A stretch of 64,000 bases of DNA from the human T2T-CHM13v2.0 reference genome, Homo sapiens. A program made the translations under genes and the position numbers. Positions 12,018 through 26,498 of the stretch are shown piece by piece. Position 1 is the stretch's first letter. The number at the start of each line of letters is the position of its first letter. The DNA is taken from assembly GCF_009914755.1 (NCBI RefSeq), contig NC_060927.1, one strand, 5' to 3'. The notes below the pieces were generated by a model that had not been told where the DNA came from, did no database searches, and saw only the letters and a list, made by a program, of their open reading frames with translations.

Positions 12018-15000
12018 CTAGCAAATAGTAGGGGCTCAACAAGATTTTGTAGAATGAGAGTTAGGTAGTTATTTGTGTTCACAAGGCCAGAGAGTGTCAA
12101 GTGTGACTCTGTGCTTCTGTTAGTTGTTTGGAGAGTGGTGACTATGCAGCCTGTTTCCAGACTTATGTTTCTAAACTTACATCTCCTTCCACAAAACTTG
12201 ATTTGATAGAAAAATAGAGGTGATTCCAACTGAATGCCAAGTTCCATCTTTGGATACCTTTGATTTCCATGACAAATAGAAACTCCCAACTTGGGGAGCC
12301 TGCTTGGAAGAAAAAGTGTTTTGATTTGTTTACCTAGTCCAAGTACCACATGCTCTAATGAGAAAGCGGTGATGGGCTTCAAAGTTCGTCGGCCCTTTCA
12401 CTCAGGATACTTGGAGGCATGTCCTTGATCTATAGGGCAAGCAGAGATAAAGGGGAGGAAACAGTAACTCCAAAAGTATCTTGAAGTCACCATCCTAAAA
12501 CTGGACCAGGCCCCTCTCCTGCTTTAGCTCCCCAGCACCAGAATGGGGGATCTGGGAAAATCTGGTACTATGATATGAATGGTGTCCCTTAGACTTAGAT
12601 GTTTGCAACAGCTCTCGTTTGTGTAGGGACATCTACTACTAGAGTCGTTTACATTGCTAATACTTTTTAAATCATTTTAGTGGGCATTGAAATCATATTC
12701 AATAGCAACTCTAAAGTGCTCATTAGTGTACTCTACATATGCGTATGCATTTTTACACACATACCTACGGCTATATATTGAATATTTGTTGTAATTTTCC
12801 AGTAAGCTGAAAGTCTTCTATATGTTTATCATGGTTAAGTGGTTCTGACTTATCTAATTTGATATTTTTAGATTTAGAAAAAACTGAGGGCCAATAGCAT
12901 TGCTTTCAACAAGTTATTCAGAGAGGACTGTTAATAGAGGTTTTGATATGTGGCCAGGAAAACAGTATTTATTAATTAAGCAAGAAACATTCCGTGGGAT
13001 TGTATCCTAATTGTTACTTTTGTTGAGAAAACTACCACACTGACTTACAGAATTCATGGAGGTGCTAATCTCTGTTCTATTTTATTTATTTTCCTGCTCA
13101 GAAAGTAATTAATGATTATGGAAGAGAGAAAACCCATATAATTTATTTATGAATAAAGTAGCCTTAAATGAGAAAACTGGTGGATTCATTTAAGTGGGCA
13201 GAATAAATTTATCTTCTTTCAGAAAATTTAAATAAAATGTAACCCAGATTTGTGACATTTCAATGTATAGCTGTATTTTCATAAATAAGGGAAAAATAAT
13301 TTTCTAGGGAGAAAACATAATTCAGCAGAAAAAATAAGTTGTTTATTTCCCTGTAATATGAATCTTTTTAAAAAAACAATAAAAATATGCAAATCCTATA
13401 AAAACATTCTTTCAAATAACTCTGCATCATTTTAGTCTCTGAAATGAGAATCATTGGTTTTCGATTTGAGGAAAAACCATAACTATATTTCACTATACAT
13501 TTTTTTTTTACAGATCTTCATGAAAATACTTGAAAAATGAATTTATTAGGAAACATATCTGATGTCTTCTATACTGTTTTTCTAAGCCAATTTAAAAAAT
13601 TTCCATAGGTGCAGTTTTTGCAGTTTTTGTACCCTGACAAGAAATTTTTCAAGAAGTCAGTTTAAATAAAATTGCATTTTCAAACTTGTTGGCTTTGTCA
13701 GGTTCTTTAGTGACTCTCGCCCTTCAGAGTTTTGCTTTTGCGGATCTGACTTCCTCCAGGCAGGAGACGCAGTAAGGGCTTATGGGCAGAGCAAATGAGG
13801 ACTCTACAGCTAAGACATATACTCACAGCTGCATTCTTCAAGAGCAGAAGTTATTACAGCACTCAGAGAAAGAAACAATTGTTCTAGAAGGCCAGCAACC
13901 TTATTCTTCATAAAATGGCCACTTTAACAATTTTTAAAGCAATTTACTTGAAAAATAAAGCAAAATATCAACAAATAGACTTTTTTTGTGATCACTTTTC
14001 CCATAATCTTTTTATCTTTGTTTTGTAGTGTGTAAGATGTAATGTAAAATAAGGAAGGATCGAACAAAGCATTAAACAAAAAAATTGTTAGAAGTTCAAG
14101 TATACATACAAATAGAGATGCATTTGTATTTCTCTGTATATTCCAACAAGGTAATCAACTGTATACATTCTAATAAGAGAATAAAAACTGTTTTTTAATA
14201 TCCTTAGAATCCTTAATCGAACAATGTTTTGTTTTGTTTTCTTAAGCAGTCTTCCCACAGCTTCTCAATGAAGTTCCCTTTGAAGAGCGTGATGATAAAT
14301 AACAGAGCTTTTCCAATTGTTATTTTGCCAAGAGGTATTGCTGAGGTTTTGTGTTCATCATGACTTGTGAAGTTCAGCTGTGTCCTTGGTCCTAGCTAGC
14401 CAGAGGAGGGAACCGGCAAAGACATTTCATTGTGGCTCTTCCTAGAGTGAAAATTCAAATGCCATGCTTTTCCAGTTGTTAGTCTAAAAACTTCTTACCT
14501 ACCATTCGGCTGAGGGGTTGGAAGAGTTACCGGCACATCTCAGGCTGAATCAGAGTAGCCCAGAGATATTCTGGCAGGTTTTTCTGGTAAGAATAGCTCT
14601 TTTTCATGTACTGTTCAGATGACTTCGAAGATTTAAATTACTTTTGTCTTTCTGAGTTACACATTTGCTGAGGGATCATACCACACACTATGAAATTTCT
14701 TTTATGAAACTGAATTTGGTCTTGTTCTATAAATTATATAAGAATAAGCCCAAAATCTCATACCTGTTGATAGAAATGTCTGTCCTTTTGTAGTTTTATG
14801 CATGAGACTGATAATTTCACACTGCTTATACTGTAGCTACATTTAGTAAAAGTTTTGGTTGCTTTCATATTCAAAATATGAATATTTTTCTTCCCATAAA
14901 TAAATAAATTTTAATGTCTAAGAAGAAAATGCTTGGCCATATTCCTATATTATTATGACCAAATGCCATTTTATTTCCAAGTTTTTTATTGAGAAATTCC

Positions 15001-17943
15001 CTGCACTGGAAAAAGTTTTTGAGTGAGCTATTATAAAGCATAAAATGAATTTAAAGCCTATGAGTGATGACTATGATTTATCAAGCAGCAAAAAGCAAAT
15101 TGGTACATTTAAAAGTTAATGGTATTTTGGAGTACCAAATTACCATGGGGATGTGACAGAAATAGCTTGCAATTCCAAAAAGCACCCTAAAGACTTGAAG
15201 TGTTTAACGAACCCTATCATGTGGTACTATAATATTGGTTTACATCCCTTTTGGACTATGATTGCATTAACGTATGTTTTCCAGGGGTGGATATTTTTGA
15301 AAGGTGGCTGTTTATTAATGTTTTGTCATTTTCTTCATAAAGCTCAGTAATGTGCTGTAGCTGGCTGATTTAATCCATAAGGCACTTTCATATTCTGTTG
15401 CAGGTTTTAAACAGAAGTCAAATTGCTTTGTTACGTTTAGGTATAGAACAAAGGCATTATGTCATCCTACATGTGTATATTAATATATCCCACTGAGCTC
15501 AAGTAGTTAAAAAAAGAAAACAGTACTTAATTTATTTCCTTCCCTAGTATATGACCTCCAAAGGCAAACAGAAATCTTTAAAACCCACACACACCCACAC
15601 TCTCAGACACACTACAGCAGTATATGAAAATCTGAAAAATCTATCCTATTTCAGCTCTGTTACTTTGTGTCTGAGCCTTCTTTTGTGTTGCTTCAACCCT
15701 TGCTCATACAGTAGTCTGTTATGATTTCACAGCAGAAGTGGGCTTAATTTTAAAAATCTGTTGTGTTAATGTTCTGAAATATTCACACCCCTAATTCTAT
15801 AGGCAAATATTGGAAGACTAGTTTTATGCTGATTTTTCACAATCCCTAGGACGTAGAAGGCACTGCCATATGTTAGAGTAAGACGACTTATGATGGGAAA
15901 TCGGTGGAGTGTTTTCAAGTAGGCCTGGCAGGATGAGAAAATCTTGTTAAAATTCAAAAATTGGATTGTTTGTTTTCACTTGCTTATGTGATTACTCTAA
16001 TATGGCATAATCATAACTGAATTGCAACAACATGGCAGTCTGTTGGCTTATTTTTATTGCAGGCCTGTTGGCAGAGAGCTCTGTCCAATTGTTTATTGTT
16101 TCTACTCATTTTTAATCTTTTCTCATTTTAACCACCAATAAATTGGCACAGAGTAGGTAAATTTTGTTTCATGATATGTTAGGAAAATGTATAAATCGAA
16201 AACTTAATTTGAGGGGATCTGGATGTCTTCTGGAACTTTACTGTTTGAAAATAGTGTAGTTGCTGAGGATCCAAAACATACCTTTTTAGGAAAGCCTCAG
16301 GTTTCCAGAATTATATTCTAGAGATACTCTTTGAAATGTGTTTTGTGATTAGAAATTGTATCATTCCATCCATGGTCCATGTTTGTATAGAGTATGGAAT
16401 GGGTGCAAGCGCTTCGTAGATAGCATCATAATTTTGAGATGTGTGATGGTGATGGAACACAGAGATATTCCTGAGATTCTATTTTACAAATTAGTATATT
16501 GAGGAGAAGAGTTTTCTAAATTTTACATGTTAGGGCCTCAGATCACACAATAAAATGAAAATATCCCAAGACTATAATCTGTATACCTTCCCATGATACT
16601 CAACCTCAGATAATCTCAGTTTAAAAGTCACAGAATGGTATAGAGGACTGAAATCCAGAAAGGCATTTTTCATATTAGGTTAACCAAGAGTCTTAACCGA
16701 GGCAGCTAACAATCAACTCAAATGACTAATTTGATTTTCTACTTCTCTTCCTTAATCAGAATTCTGATAGGGGGATTAATTAGCAATAAAGCAACATGAG
16801 AAAGAGGGAAAGAAAATGAGGGCATAGATAATCCACAAACTATATATAATCATCTCTGCATAATCAAAAGTTAACTGTCATTAACATGACATTTGCTTTT
16901 AAAGCCAGGCAGAAAATTATGATTTTTGGCACTAGCCTAATCTTTAATTATAGCACAGTACCATTCTTCTTTGTGTTAGTTCAGATAGCTATAAATTATA
17001 TTAGTCTAGGGCTTTTGTGTCATTTCCTTTCCTTTTCCATGATTTATATAGTCAGAATACTGACCTATAATTAAGTGTACTTGAGAATGGTCTCCGGTTA
17101 ATTAAATGCTCTGGAGTGTGTTTGGTGTGCTTTGCCAAAATTCCAAAGGAAAAGGCCATTACTGGGTTAAATATCTATGAGGAGCCTGGATAAGTCTTCA
17201 GTGCCAGTCATATATGACTGTTGAAGCTGTCATGAGAAATAAAAATGAAACTTTTGTGACTATTGTCTGTAAAAGAATGTAACATTCATCTTTTTGTGTA
17301 ATTTAAGAATATCACTTCAAAAAGTGATTGTCTCATATAAGGCATGTCCTAGTTTTTAATAACTGGTAAAGCAGAGTTATTACATGGAAACAAAAATTAA
17401 AGTCGTGTCTTCTTTCTTCTCTTTATTTTTGCTCTTTTATCTTTTCCTGTAACACATCTCCATTCTCTGCCAGAAACTAGTTGCTACTCAATTTGGTTCA
17501 ATGTATGTTAGAGAATTCGCTTCTATGTGGAGTGCAGTATGCTGGAGAGGGGCCATCAACACACCCAGTTCTCTTGCATGAAGAGTCTACCCTGGTGCCA
17601 GAACCTGCCTTGACTCCAAAGATAAGTTGAGACTGTCCTACTTTATCTTACTTTTCATCCTTACTACCCTCTCCCAGCAACGCTTCCCCACCCACATGTA
17701 CATATGTGCCAGATGACATAAAACTGCTTTCCATTCCAGATCCCAAGGCAAATCCTAGGGCCTGGACTGACTAAAGAGGAAGGCAGGGAAGCAAACAAGC
17801 AAAGCAGTAGCGTGCGATACGGGAAAGGCCCTCATTTTTCTGTGGTTTGGCTTAACAAAGGAAACTTCAGAACCGTTCAGGGAGATAGCATCAAAACATT
17901 TATTCAGGCTATTGCTCCTCACTGTTGGGGCATCCTTATGCAG

Positions 17944-18125
17944 CAGAGGACACACGCTGGCAGGTGGGTGGAGCGAGTTGGGCCCACAGATATTGTTTGG
18001 CATGCAGAGTTTTTTATTAAAAAAATGGGGCGACACTTTAAAAATAAAGAGATTTTAATCCCAAATCTAGATTTTTTGTTTCTTTTGAGAAATCCGGAAA
18101 AAACAAAAAATCTAGAAACAGGGTG
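17944..18125 (+). mobile_element. MER102-type hAT MITE fragment
   Basis: ggcccacagatattgtttggc...aaaaataaagagatttt...aaatctagattt...gaaatccggaa follows the MER102 5' half. Confidence 0.65.
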
Positions 18126-18763
18126 TCTGTGTTCTCTGAGCTAAATCTGAGGAGACCGCACATGAGAAGGGTGACTGTATTTACTGATGACTCACTTGAT
18201 TCAGTACATTTCTTCCTGGTCTCTGTATCGATTGGAATGTGTACCCCTATGCACACATGCGCACACACACTCTTAATGATTTGCATGGTGGTGGTGGTGA
18301 TTGTTTGAGGGAGGGATGGAGAGCTTGAGAGGTGATCAAGGTTAACCTTGGCTGGGCCAATGGTAAGATGAAAGAAGGGAGTGTAAGGTAAGGTAGCCTT
18401 TCAGGTGTTAAGTTGAACCATATGAAATTGACACTTTTATATGTCAAAATCAATTGAACACTGGCAATTTTCTATCTACAATCTATTCCCTCCCACTTAA
18501 AAACATCTCCATGACGGCCCTAGAGTCTTTCGTTGTACTGTAGTTTGTTAGAGAACCGTATGTTTCCTTTCAGACTCCTAGGATTTCTGAGAGCCATGTT
18601 CCCATTTTAGGGAGTGTCTGTCCCCTTCATTCTGCCATAGATGTATTTTTTGTTTTCAGTCCAGTAGATATTCTGTTTCTCGTTAATTAAAAAATTTAAT
18701 TTACAGACAGGTTCATTTTCTTTGTGATGCTTAGCTCCAGTAACTCCAAACCCAGAGAGACTA

Positions 18764-19615
18764 TTATACATATAGTGGTGAAATATACACAACATAAAAA
18801 TAGTTAAAATGGTAAATTTTAAATGGACAATTAAGTGGCATTAAGCACGCTCACAGTGTTGAACAACTATCACCACTGTCCATTTATAAAACTTTTCTAT
18901 CCCAAACAGAAGCTGTGTACCCATTAAGTGAATCTACATTCTCCCCGCCCTCAGTCCCTGGTAATTTTCATTCTGTTCTTTGTCTCTATGAATTTGCCTA
19001 TTCTAAGTACCTCATATAAGTAGAATCATACCATATTTGTCCTTTTGTATCTGGCTTATTTCACTTAGCATAATGTTTTCAAGGCTCATCAATGTTGTAG
19101 CATGTATCAAAGTTTTATTCCTTTTTAAGGCGAATAATATGCCATTTTTCACATTTATCACATTTTGTTCATTTGACTGTTAATGAACATTTAGTTTTTT
19201 GTTGTTGTTTTTTTTTTTAGACAGAGTCTCACTCTGTTCCCCAAGCTAGAGTGCATTGACGTGGTCTCAGCTCACTGCAACCTCCGCCTCCCAGGTTCAA
19301 GCGATTCCCCTGCCTCAGGCTCCTGAGTAGCTAGGATTACAGGCGTGCACCACGATATCTGGCTAATTGTTTGTATTTTTAGTAGAAACTGGGTTTCATT
19401 GTGTTGGCCAGGCTTCTCTCAAACTCCTGACCTCAAGTGATCTGAATGGGTGTTTAATTTGTTTCCACATTTTGTGAACAATGCTTCCGTGAACTTTTAT
19501 GTACAGTGACTGTTTGAGTCCCTCCTTTCAATTCTTTCTAGCATATCTGTAGAAATGGAATGCTGGATCATGTGTTAATTCTATGTTTAACTTTTTGAGG
19601 AACTGTCAAATTGTT
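18764..19615 (-). mobile_element. L1MB-type 3' end fragment (interrupted by an Alu)
   Basis: gtggcattaagcacgctcacagtgttgaacaactatcaccact...tctctatgaatttgcctattctaagtacctcatataagtagaatcata...tggcttatttcacttagcataatg. Confidence 0.85.
19196..19443 (-). mobile_element. AluS, 5'-truncated
   Basis: T tail then agacagagtctcactctg...cactgcaacctccgcctcccaggttcaagcgatt...ctcctgacctcaagtgatctg; the Alu 5' end is missing. Confidence 0.92.
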
Positions 19616-20949
19616 ACATATTTTATAGAAGTGATAAATGCAGGCTGCATTATATAGTCTTTTTAAATCTAGGTACAGTACTTATTCTCTTGTATATTAC
19701 AATAAAGCCAGGCTCTTCTTTTATTTTGCCATAGAAAATATTTGTTGGGTCAGAAAAAGGCAAACTCTTTTTAAATATTCTAGTCAAAGAGAGTTTCACT
19801 AGGGTCAAACTTTGATCAACACCATTGTTTTCCTTTTTCAAGCTCATATACAGCACATTTTGGTTTCAGATGAACTGTTCTGGTGATGAGTTTTTAAATT
19901 TTAATTCCTCTATGAAAACCATCACGCTGATGAGCATGTTCTTTGTAAAACTAACAATTACACTCTTCTGGGCTTCCATTGTTCCAATACTGGAAGTTAA
20001 TTTGTTAGCACCCTATAATGCATTCTACATTGAAAGTGCCCTTATGTAATCATACATGAACATGTGTGGTATGACCATGACTACTAACATACATAACACT
20101 GAGAAGGAAGTTCTCAATACAATCTATATACACAAATAACGTGTTTTACCATACATCTCCTTATAAGCAAACGTCACTCATTTTGGATAAATTTTGTGAT
20201 TCTAATCAAAACAATGTTCTCACTCATTTAAGCACTCTTTAATGTTATTATGTAAATGGGCTCTGGGGATGACTGTGTAGAGTTAAAGTAAGCTCTGAAA
20301 CCCTTCACTATTTATTTCAGTAGAAAAGAAATGTCATTGTTGGCAGTAATCTAGACACGTCTCCTTTAAATGGTGGCGGTGGTCTGTGTCTGCATTCAAA
20401 GGTGTGGCACATCGTTTCATCTTTTCGTAGTACAAAAGGAGTTTCATTTAACAATTTCATACTGAATAGTTCTTTCTATTCAGCCATGGAAATAATGGGA
20501 GCAGCTCGGTGGGTGGGAATTTCTTCATGGGCTCAAAAAAGACTCAGGACTAAGATACAGGTCTGTGATGCTGGCGACGTAGAGAGGAGATTCAGTGTGG
20601 AAAGGGAGGAACGATGTCTTTTGTTTAAAGATAAAAATTAATTCTATTTCCTCTTTTTACAACAAGAGAAGGGGGGATAGGAAGGATTTCATACCATTTT
20701 AGTTTTAAAAATAGTCATTCAAGTGAACTGTCTGGCCAAGCAACAACTCAAATTTCCTCTCCATCCAATTCCTTTCCTATGTTTTTTCCTTGTCTTGCAT
20801 CTCTATGGCAGTACTCCCCAGGGTACCCTCCTTTAGCTGGACCAAATTGAGTTCCTGTCCATGTGTGTTCTTAGAATAACCAGCCAATCTAACTTAGCAC
20901 ATGCGGAGGGAAAGGCATGGACCATAGACTCCCATTCTGCTGCTTGGCA

Positions 20950-21085
20950 GTGACAGGAAGTGGGGAAAGCATGAGCTCTGGAGTCATAAGGCTCAGGGAT
21001 TGAGGTCGGCTTCAGTCCCTTACTGACGTTGTCAACTTAGGCAAGTCAGTTAACTTTTTGAAGTAGTAAGCTTTCCCATCTTATA
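20950..21085 (+). mobile_element. MIR fragment
   Basis: gaaagcatgagctctggagtca...cttaggcaagtcagttaac. Confidence 0.6.
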
Positions 21086-21536
21086 TATTCTTTGTGAAAA
21101 ATATAGGAATTTAGGGAGAAAATGAGAACTGGGACCAGGGAGAGATAGTCAGTGAGGTAAATCCATCCCAGATAATTTCTAAAGAACTTTTAAGAACAGG
21201 GCCAACCAACATTAAATTTTGAATCGTTTACCATCCTATATTGAAATAGAACTCCCTTTCCATTACTATTAACTTGTAGGGGGAAATTTTTATTGTTATT
21301 GCTGATACTTTAATTTAGAATGGGGATGAGGTAAAGGAAAGGGGTTCCACTTTTGAACTAATAGAGACTGCAGAAAGGAATAGAAGGATGGAGGGTGGAT
21401 AGGGAAATTCATCAGAATCAGAAAACTATAGTGATTATTAGGGAAATGGGGCCTTCCTTAGCATTCTTGGAGATATTGGACTAACTTTGGGTTGACAATT
21501 TTTACTACGTCTAAAGGATATTTTCAAAAAACGTAA

Positions 21537-21883
<347 letters not shown>

Positions 21884-24589
21884 ATAAAAGGCAGTCTTTC
21901 AAACAGAATAAAATAGCTTTATGAAAAATTCACTACATTATCTTTGCCTCATTTTTCTGTGGACTGTAGAACACTTCATTCACTAACATTTTAGAATATT
22001 GAATCCAGATTCCATCTCCTCATAAAGCTAAGGATACCAATATCTATAGGAAGTAGCTTGCCCAATTTACAGTTAGGAGGCCAAAAACTTAAGCGTAAAC
22101 TTAATCTTCTGAATTTGCAGTTCTCTTCTCACCTCATCAGATTTCCTCATGAGAAAGTGTTGCTAATCAGGATCCCAGGCTGAAAAATGTATTTTTCCCC
22201 TCAGAGGGAAGAAGTAGTTTCCACAGCACAGAAATGATTTGGCCATATTGATGTGAAAGGTTTCTTAGATATTTTTTGGTCCAATGGCCTGATTTCACAC
22301 ATGTTTTCATTTAAGTGTAGAAGAGTTAAGTGACTTGTTCAAGGTCACACCGCTATTATGCGGTAAAACTGGGACTGAAACCAGGTTTCATGGTTCCTGG
22401 TTCAACTAAAGATTCACTTATTTTAACACCTCCTGTATGCTGTCACTGCATTAGGTGTTGGGATATAAAAATAAACCAAAATAGCTCTGTAGCTGTGCTC
22501 ATAATTGTTAGAATTGGGAGGATGGCATCATCTAGAAAGCAATAATTATAAAAGTATCAAATCTTAAATTTGAAATGGGCCTTAGGGTTTATTTACTCTA
22601 ATTCATATGTAAGGAAATGAGGCCCTCATCTGAAGAGGTGGCTTGGGATGCACACAGACTCGAGTAATGTCGGTGTTAAGAGTCAACAAGACTTGATGGC
22701 TAACTAACCATGAAGTTTTAAAATAGAGAAATCAAAGATATATAGAGAATTAAGAACTTGAGCACAGAATGATGATAAGCATGAACCTAGGAGTTCTGTG
22801 CCTTTACTACCTAAGTGACCTTAGTCAAATCATATGACCTCAGTTTATTCATCTTTGTAGTCAAGTTCATTTCAATTCTGAGTATCAAATGGTATTATCT
22901 TTGTTAAATACGCACTATGTTGCCTGGCACATAATAAGGACTCAGTGAAGATTACTGTCAAGAGCATTAGTGGCATTGATAGAGAAAGAACTCCCCTAAA
23001 CCAACATACCTCACTTTTTTTCTCTATTAACTTATGGATTCAATATCTGAATTCATAAGATTTCACAAAATCATCTAAAACCTGGCTCCATCATTTAGCT
23101 ATTTTTTAATCTTCCTGTTATCTCATTTTAAAAGTATTAATAAAAATGTAAGAGAACCAAGGTAGATTTGGGCTATCTAAAGTTTTGGAAACGTCAATAT
23201 TTGTAATAAGAATTGAATGAAAAATCCGTAGGAAGACCAGCTACCACAATCCAAAGAAAGACTGGCCACTGTGGATTCTGTGGCATAGTCCATGAACTCC
23301 TAGTGAATGACACCAAGACAGTTTCTTGACTTAGATTCCTAAATCAGACTATGTAAGGGATAATTTTGTTGGGGTAATCTTAATTGTTAGTACTATTTTG
23401 TAAAATACTTCCGAGTTTAGGGGGAGAAATAATAACCAAAAGCATCACATAAAACAAACTTCTATTTCCTTTTATTGCACTTGGTGAAGGTTATTAAGAA
23501 TGTAATTCTTTCTGCTTGCAATGTGATTAGCAGCCAAATCTTTTGGGGGTAAATTTCCATTGCTACGCTCTTGTTATCGTAAATGGAATTTGCGTGCCTA
23601 ATTCTCTTCCCTCCATATTGAATCCATACCCCTTTAGGTCTAACGGCATGCTAAAAAAGATTCCAAATCTCCAATGTTGATTGTGGGCCATATGTTAGCA
23701 CTAATTATATAAATGAGACTTGGTAGAAATGTGACATGCTAAGCATTCTGAGCTTAAGGAATTACCTAAATGAATTCTAGCTTGAGTTAGTGCTAGCAGA
23801 GGCAAGGAAATGTGGGTGCAGGTTTTGAGCAGATGTTAACAGGTCTGTAAGCCTCTTCATTGTCTTTATTTGTCTAACTATAAGGACTACTGATGGAATA
23901 TTGTGTCAGAATATTTTAAGGTGCCATTTTCCTGCAAATTGCATTTTGCACCTACAGATGGATCCATTTTCTGAATAAGCAGAGTGGAATGACAGAATAT
24001 CAAAGATTAGAATCTGCAGTCTTCTGTGCATTTGAAAACTTAGCATTCAGTGAGGTCAATTGTCATGGTCATTATGTCATGGAGGCTGAAGACTTCTAGA
24101 AGGATATTTCAATATCAAACATTCTTGCATTTTAATTTTCAAAGTGAAAGTGAGGAGGGGAAAAAGAAAAATGGTTCCGATTCAGAGCAAGAGTGAATAA
24201 TAATATTGTGAATAACACTGTCTCTGTATATAGTCATTCAGGAAAATATTGCCTTGTAATATATTAATGAAGTGACCAAGGGGGGTTTGGGACCCTGAAT
24301 CCTGTCATGATTGAAGTCTGACTCATCCTCTTTACTGGATATTATGAAGCCCTAGACAGGACAATGATTGCCTGTTTCAAAGCCCATGGCAGACCTCACT
24401 TACATTCTTGTTTCTCTCACTCACGGGCTTCTTGAGGTTTATCTGTCTGGCCTTCTCATTTGTTCTCCATAGACATTGATCCCCTTGGGGATGTAAATTC
24501 TGCCTTTTCTTTCTGGGTCTCAAGCACAGAGTCCAGTGCTTGACACATAATAAACATTTGCCGTATGATTGTTGTTGAAAGCCTGGAAA

Positions 24590-24820
24590 TAGCTAACATT
24601 GATAGAGGATTCAACTATGTATTCAATATTTGATTTGCATTATCTCATTTAATCCATACTGGCGTGTTCTTAGGCATTGCCTTTGTTGCTTTGCAGATGT
24701 GGAAACTAAGTCTAAGGGAGATTAACTAAATAATTTGTCTAAAATTACACAAGTAGAAGTAATAGAGCTAGAATTTAAACCTACAAATGCCTGACCCTGT
24801 GCCTGTCATTCAGTCATATA
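24590..24820 (-). mobile_element. MIR
   Basis: atagctaacatt...atctcatttaatcc...ttgcagatgtggaaactaag...agagctagaatttaaacc. Confidence 0.7.
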
Positions 24821-26200
24821 GAGTGTGGATTCTGTCCTTTAGACACTTAGGTGCCAAGTTGATTATCCTCAAATTTGGGTCTCTATATATTCTTGAGGAC
24901 TGGTGAGTTTCCTCGGGTGACTTGCTTTGCATTTGTTTTTATTGAAATGGTATTCTAAGTAGAACAGGTACAAGCATATTCTTAACCATCTGGATGACCA
25001 TATTGTGATGGTGTTTACTATGATGTTAGTGCCAACCAGTGTTACTTCAATGATAGAACATTATTCAGGGAGGAAGAGAGGCAAAGTAGATATGAAGATA
25101 ATAGTTTTATGCCATTGAAGGTTCAGTAACATTAAGGGTTTGGAGGAGCTTAAACAGAGAAATTGGGAAAAAGTGCCCACAAAGCACAAAGCAATGATGA
25201 AGTGAAAATACACGTGTGTGAACATGTGCGCCCTTCCAGTTGGGAACATTCACATGGGGAACAGTGACCTAGTTTTTGGGAAACAGTGATATAGTTTTAA
25301 TAAAACTAACATTATCTATTATGTTGAAGTTATGTGGTAAATTTAGTTTTTTATAGTCTTATGGGTTTGCTTTTCTTTGTAAACTTCTTTTGGTTTTATG
25401 GCCATAGTGCGCTTTAGACATAAAGAGTTTGCAATTTCATATTTGTGTATATTTATGTAAGAATAAGTCTGTCAAGATTTGGGAGAGAGCCATAATCTTT
25501 TTTTCTCTCCCTTTTAAAAGGATCTGTACACCCTTTGCCTACATCTGTCTTTGGCCATCACATGATCCTCAGGGACTGAAATGAAGCTAAGTCAGGATAA
25601 CAGCAGTGTGTGAGAAGGCACACATGCACCTGCAAATGCCTGTGAGACATAAGTGATAGCAGTGGGAGTTTGAGGGGATGGTTGACTAGCATATCTTGGG
25701 GCCCACCTATTTAGCTCTTGATTCAAACAAGAATTCATGAAGCAGCTTGCCTCTCTCCTGTGATTCTTTCTCTGGGTGTCTTGTTTATCCAGTCCCTGTA
25801 GTACTGAAGAAAGATGACTTCTTTGAATGAACGTATTTCCAGAATCTTATCCTTGGCGATCCTCTTTGGCAAGAATTAAAAGGGAATTCCCTTGGCACAT
25901 TTGATTGCTGAAGCATCTTTATATGCTGGCCTCCAGCCAACAGAGAGCAAACCTGAAATAGATGTATTTCTTGTTCTCCTTGACACCTTATGCAACTCCC
26001 TGAGGCATTACTTCTCTCTAAAGTCAGTGAGGCATCCACAGGGCTTAAGGATGGTGAACAACAAGGCCAATGCATCATAGTTAATATTTTGCTTTCAAAC
26101 TGGTAAGTCTCCTCCAAAGTTTATCTACCACATGTTCTCTTTGGAATTCACTGACTCTAATGTCTCAAACTATCTTATAGTGTATTACTTAAGAATCGCT

Positions 26201-26498
26201 GGCCAGGCGCGGTGGCTCACGCCTGTAATCGCAGCACTTTGGGAGGCCGAGGCAGGCAGATCACGAGGTCAGGAGATCGAGATCATCCTGGCTAACACGG
26301 TGAAACCCTGTCTCTACTAAAAATACAGAAAATCAGCCAGGTGTGGTGGCAGCTGCCTGTAGTCCCAGCTACTCGGGAGACTGAGGAAGGAGAATGGCGT
26401 GAACCTGGAGGCAGAGCTTGCAGTGAGCCGAGGTCACACCACTGCACTCCAGCCTGGGGGACAAAATGAGACTCCATCTCAAAAAAAAAAAAAAAAAG
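26201..26498 (+). mobile_element. AluY
   Basis: Y diagnostics gatcacgaggtcaggagatcgagatcatcctggctaacacggtgaaaccc and gagaatggcgtgaacc; A tail; TSD-like aagaatcgct / aagaaatcact. Confidence 0.96.

Noticed and set aside
13702-13771. Plus-strand 70-nt coding exon
   Set aside because: One frame is open (FFSDSRPSEFCFCGSDFLQAGDA) but unrecognisable, and the donor is weak.
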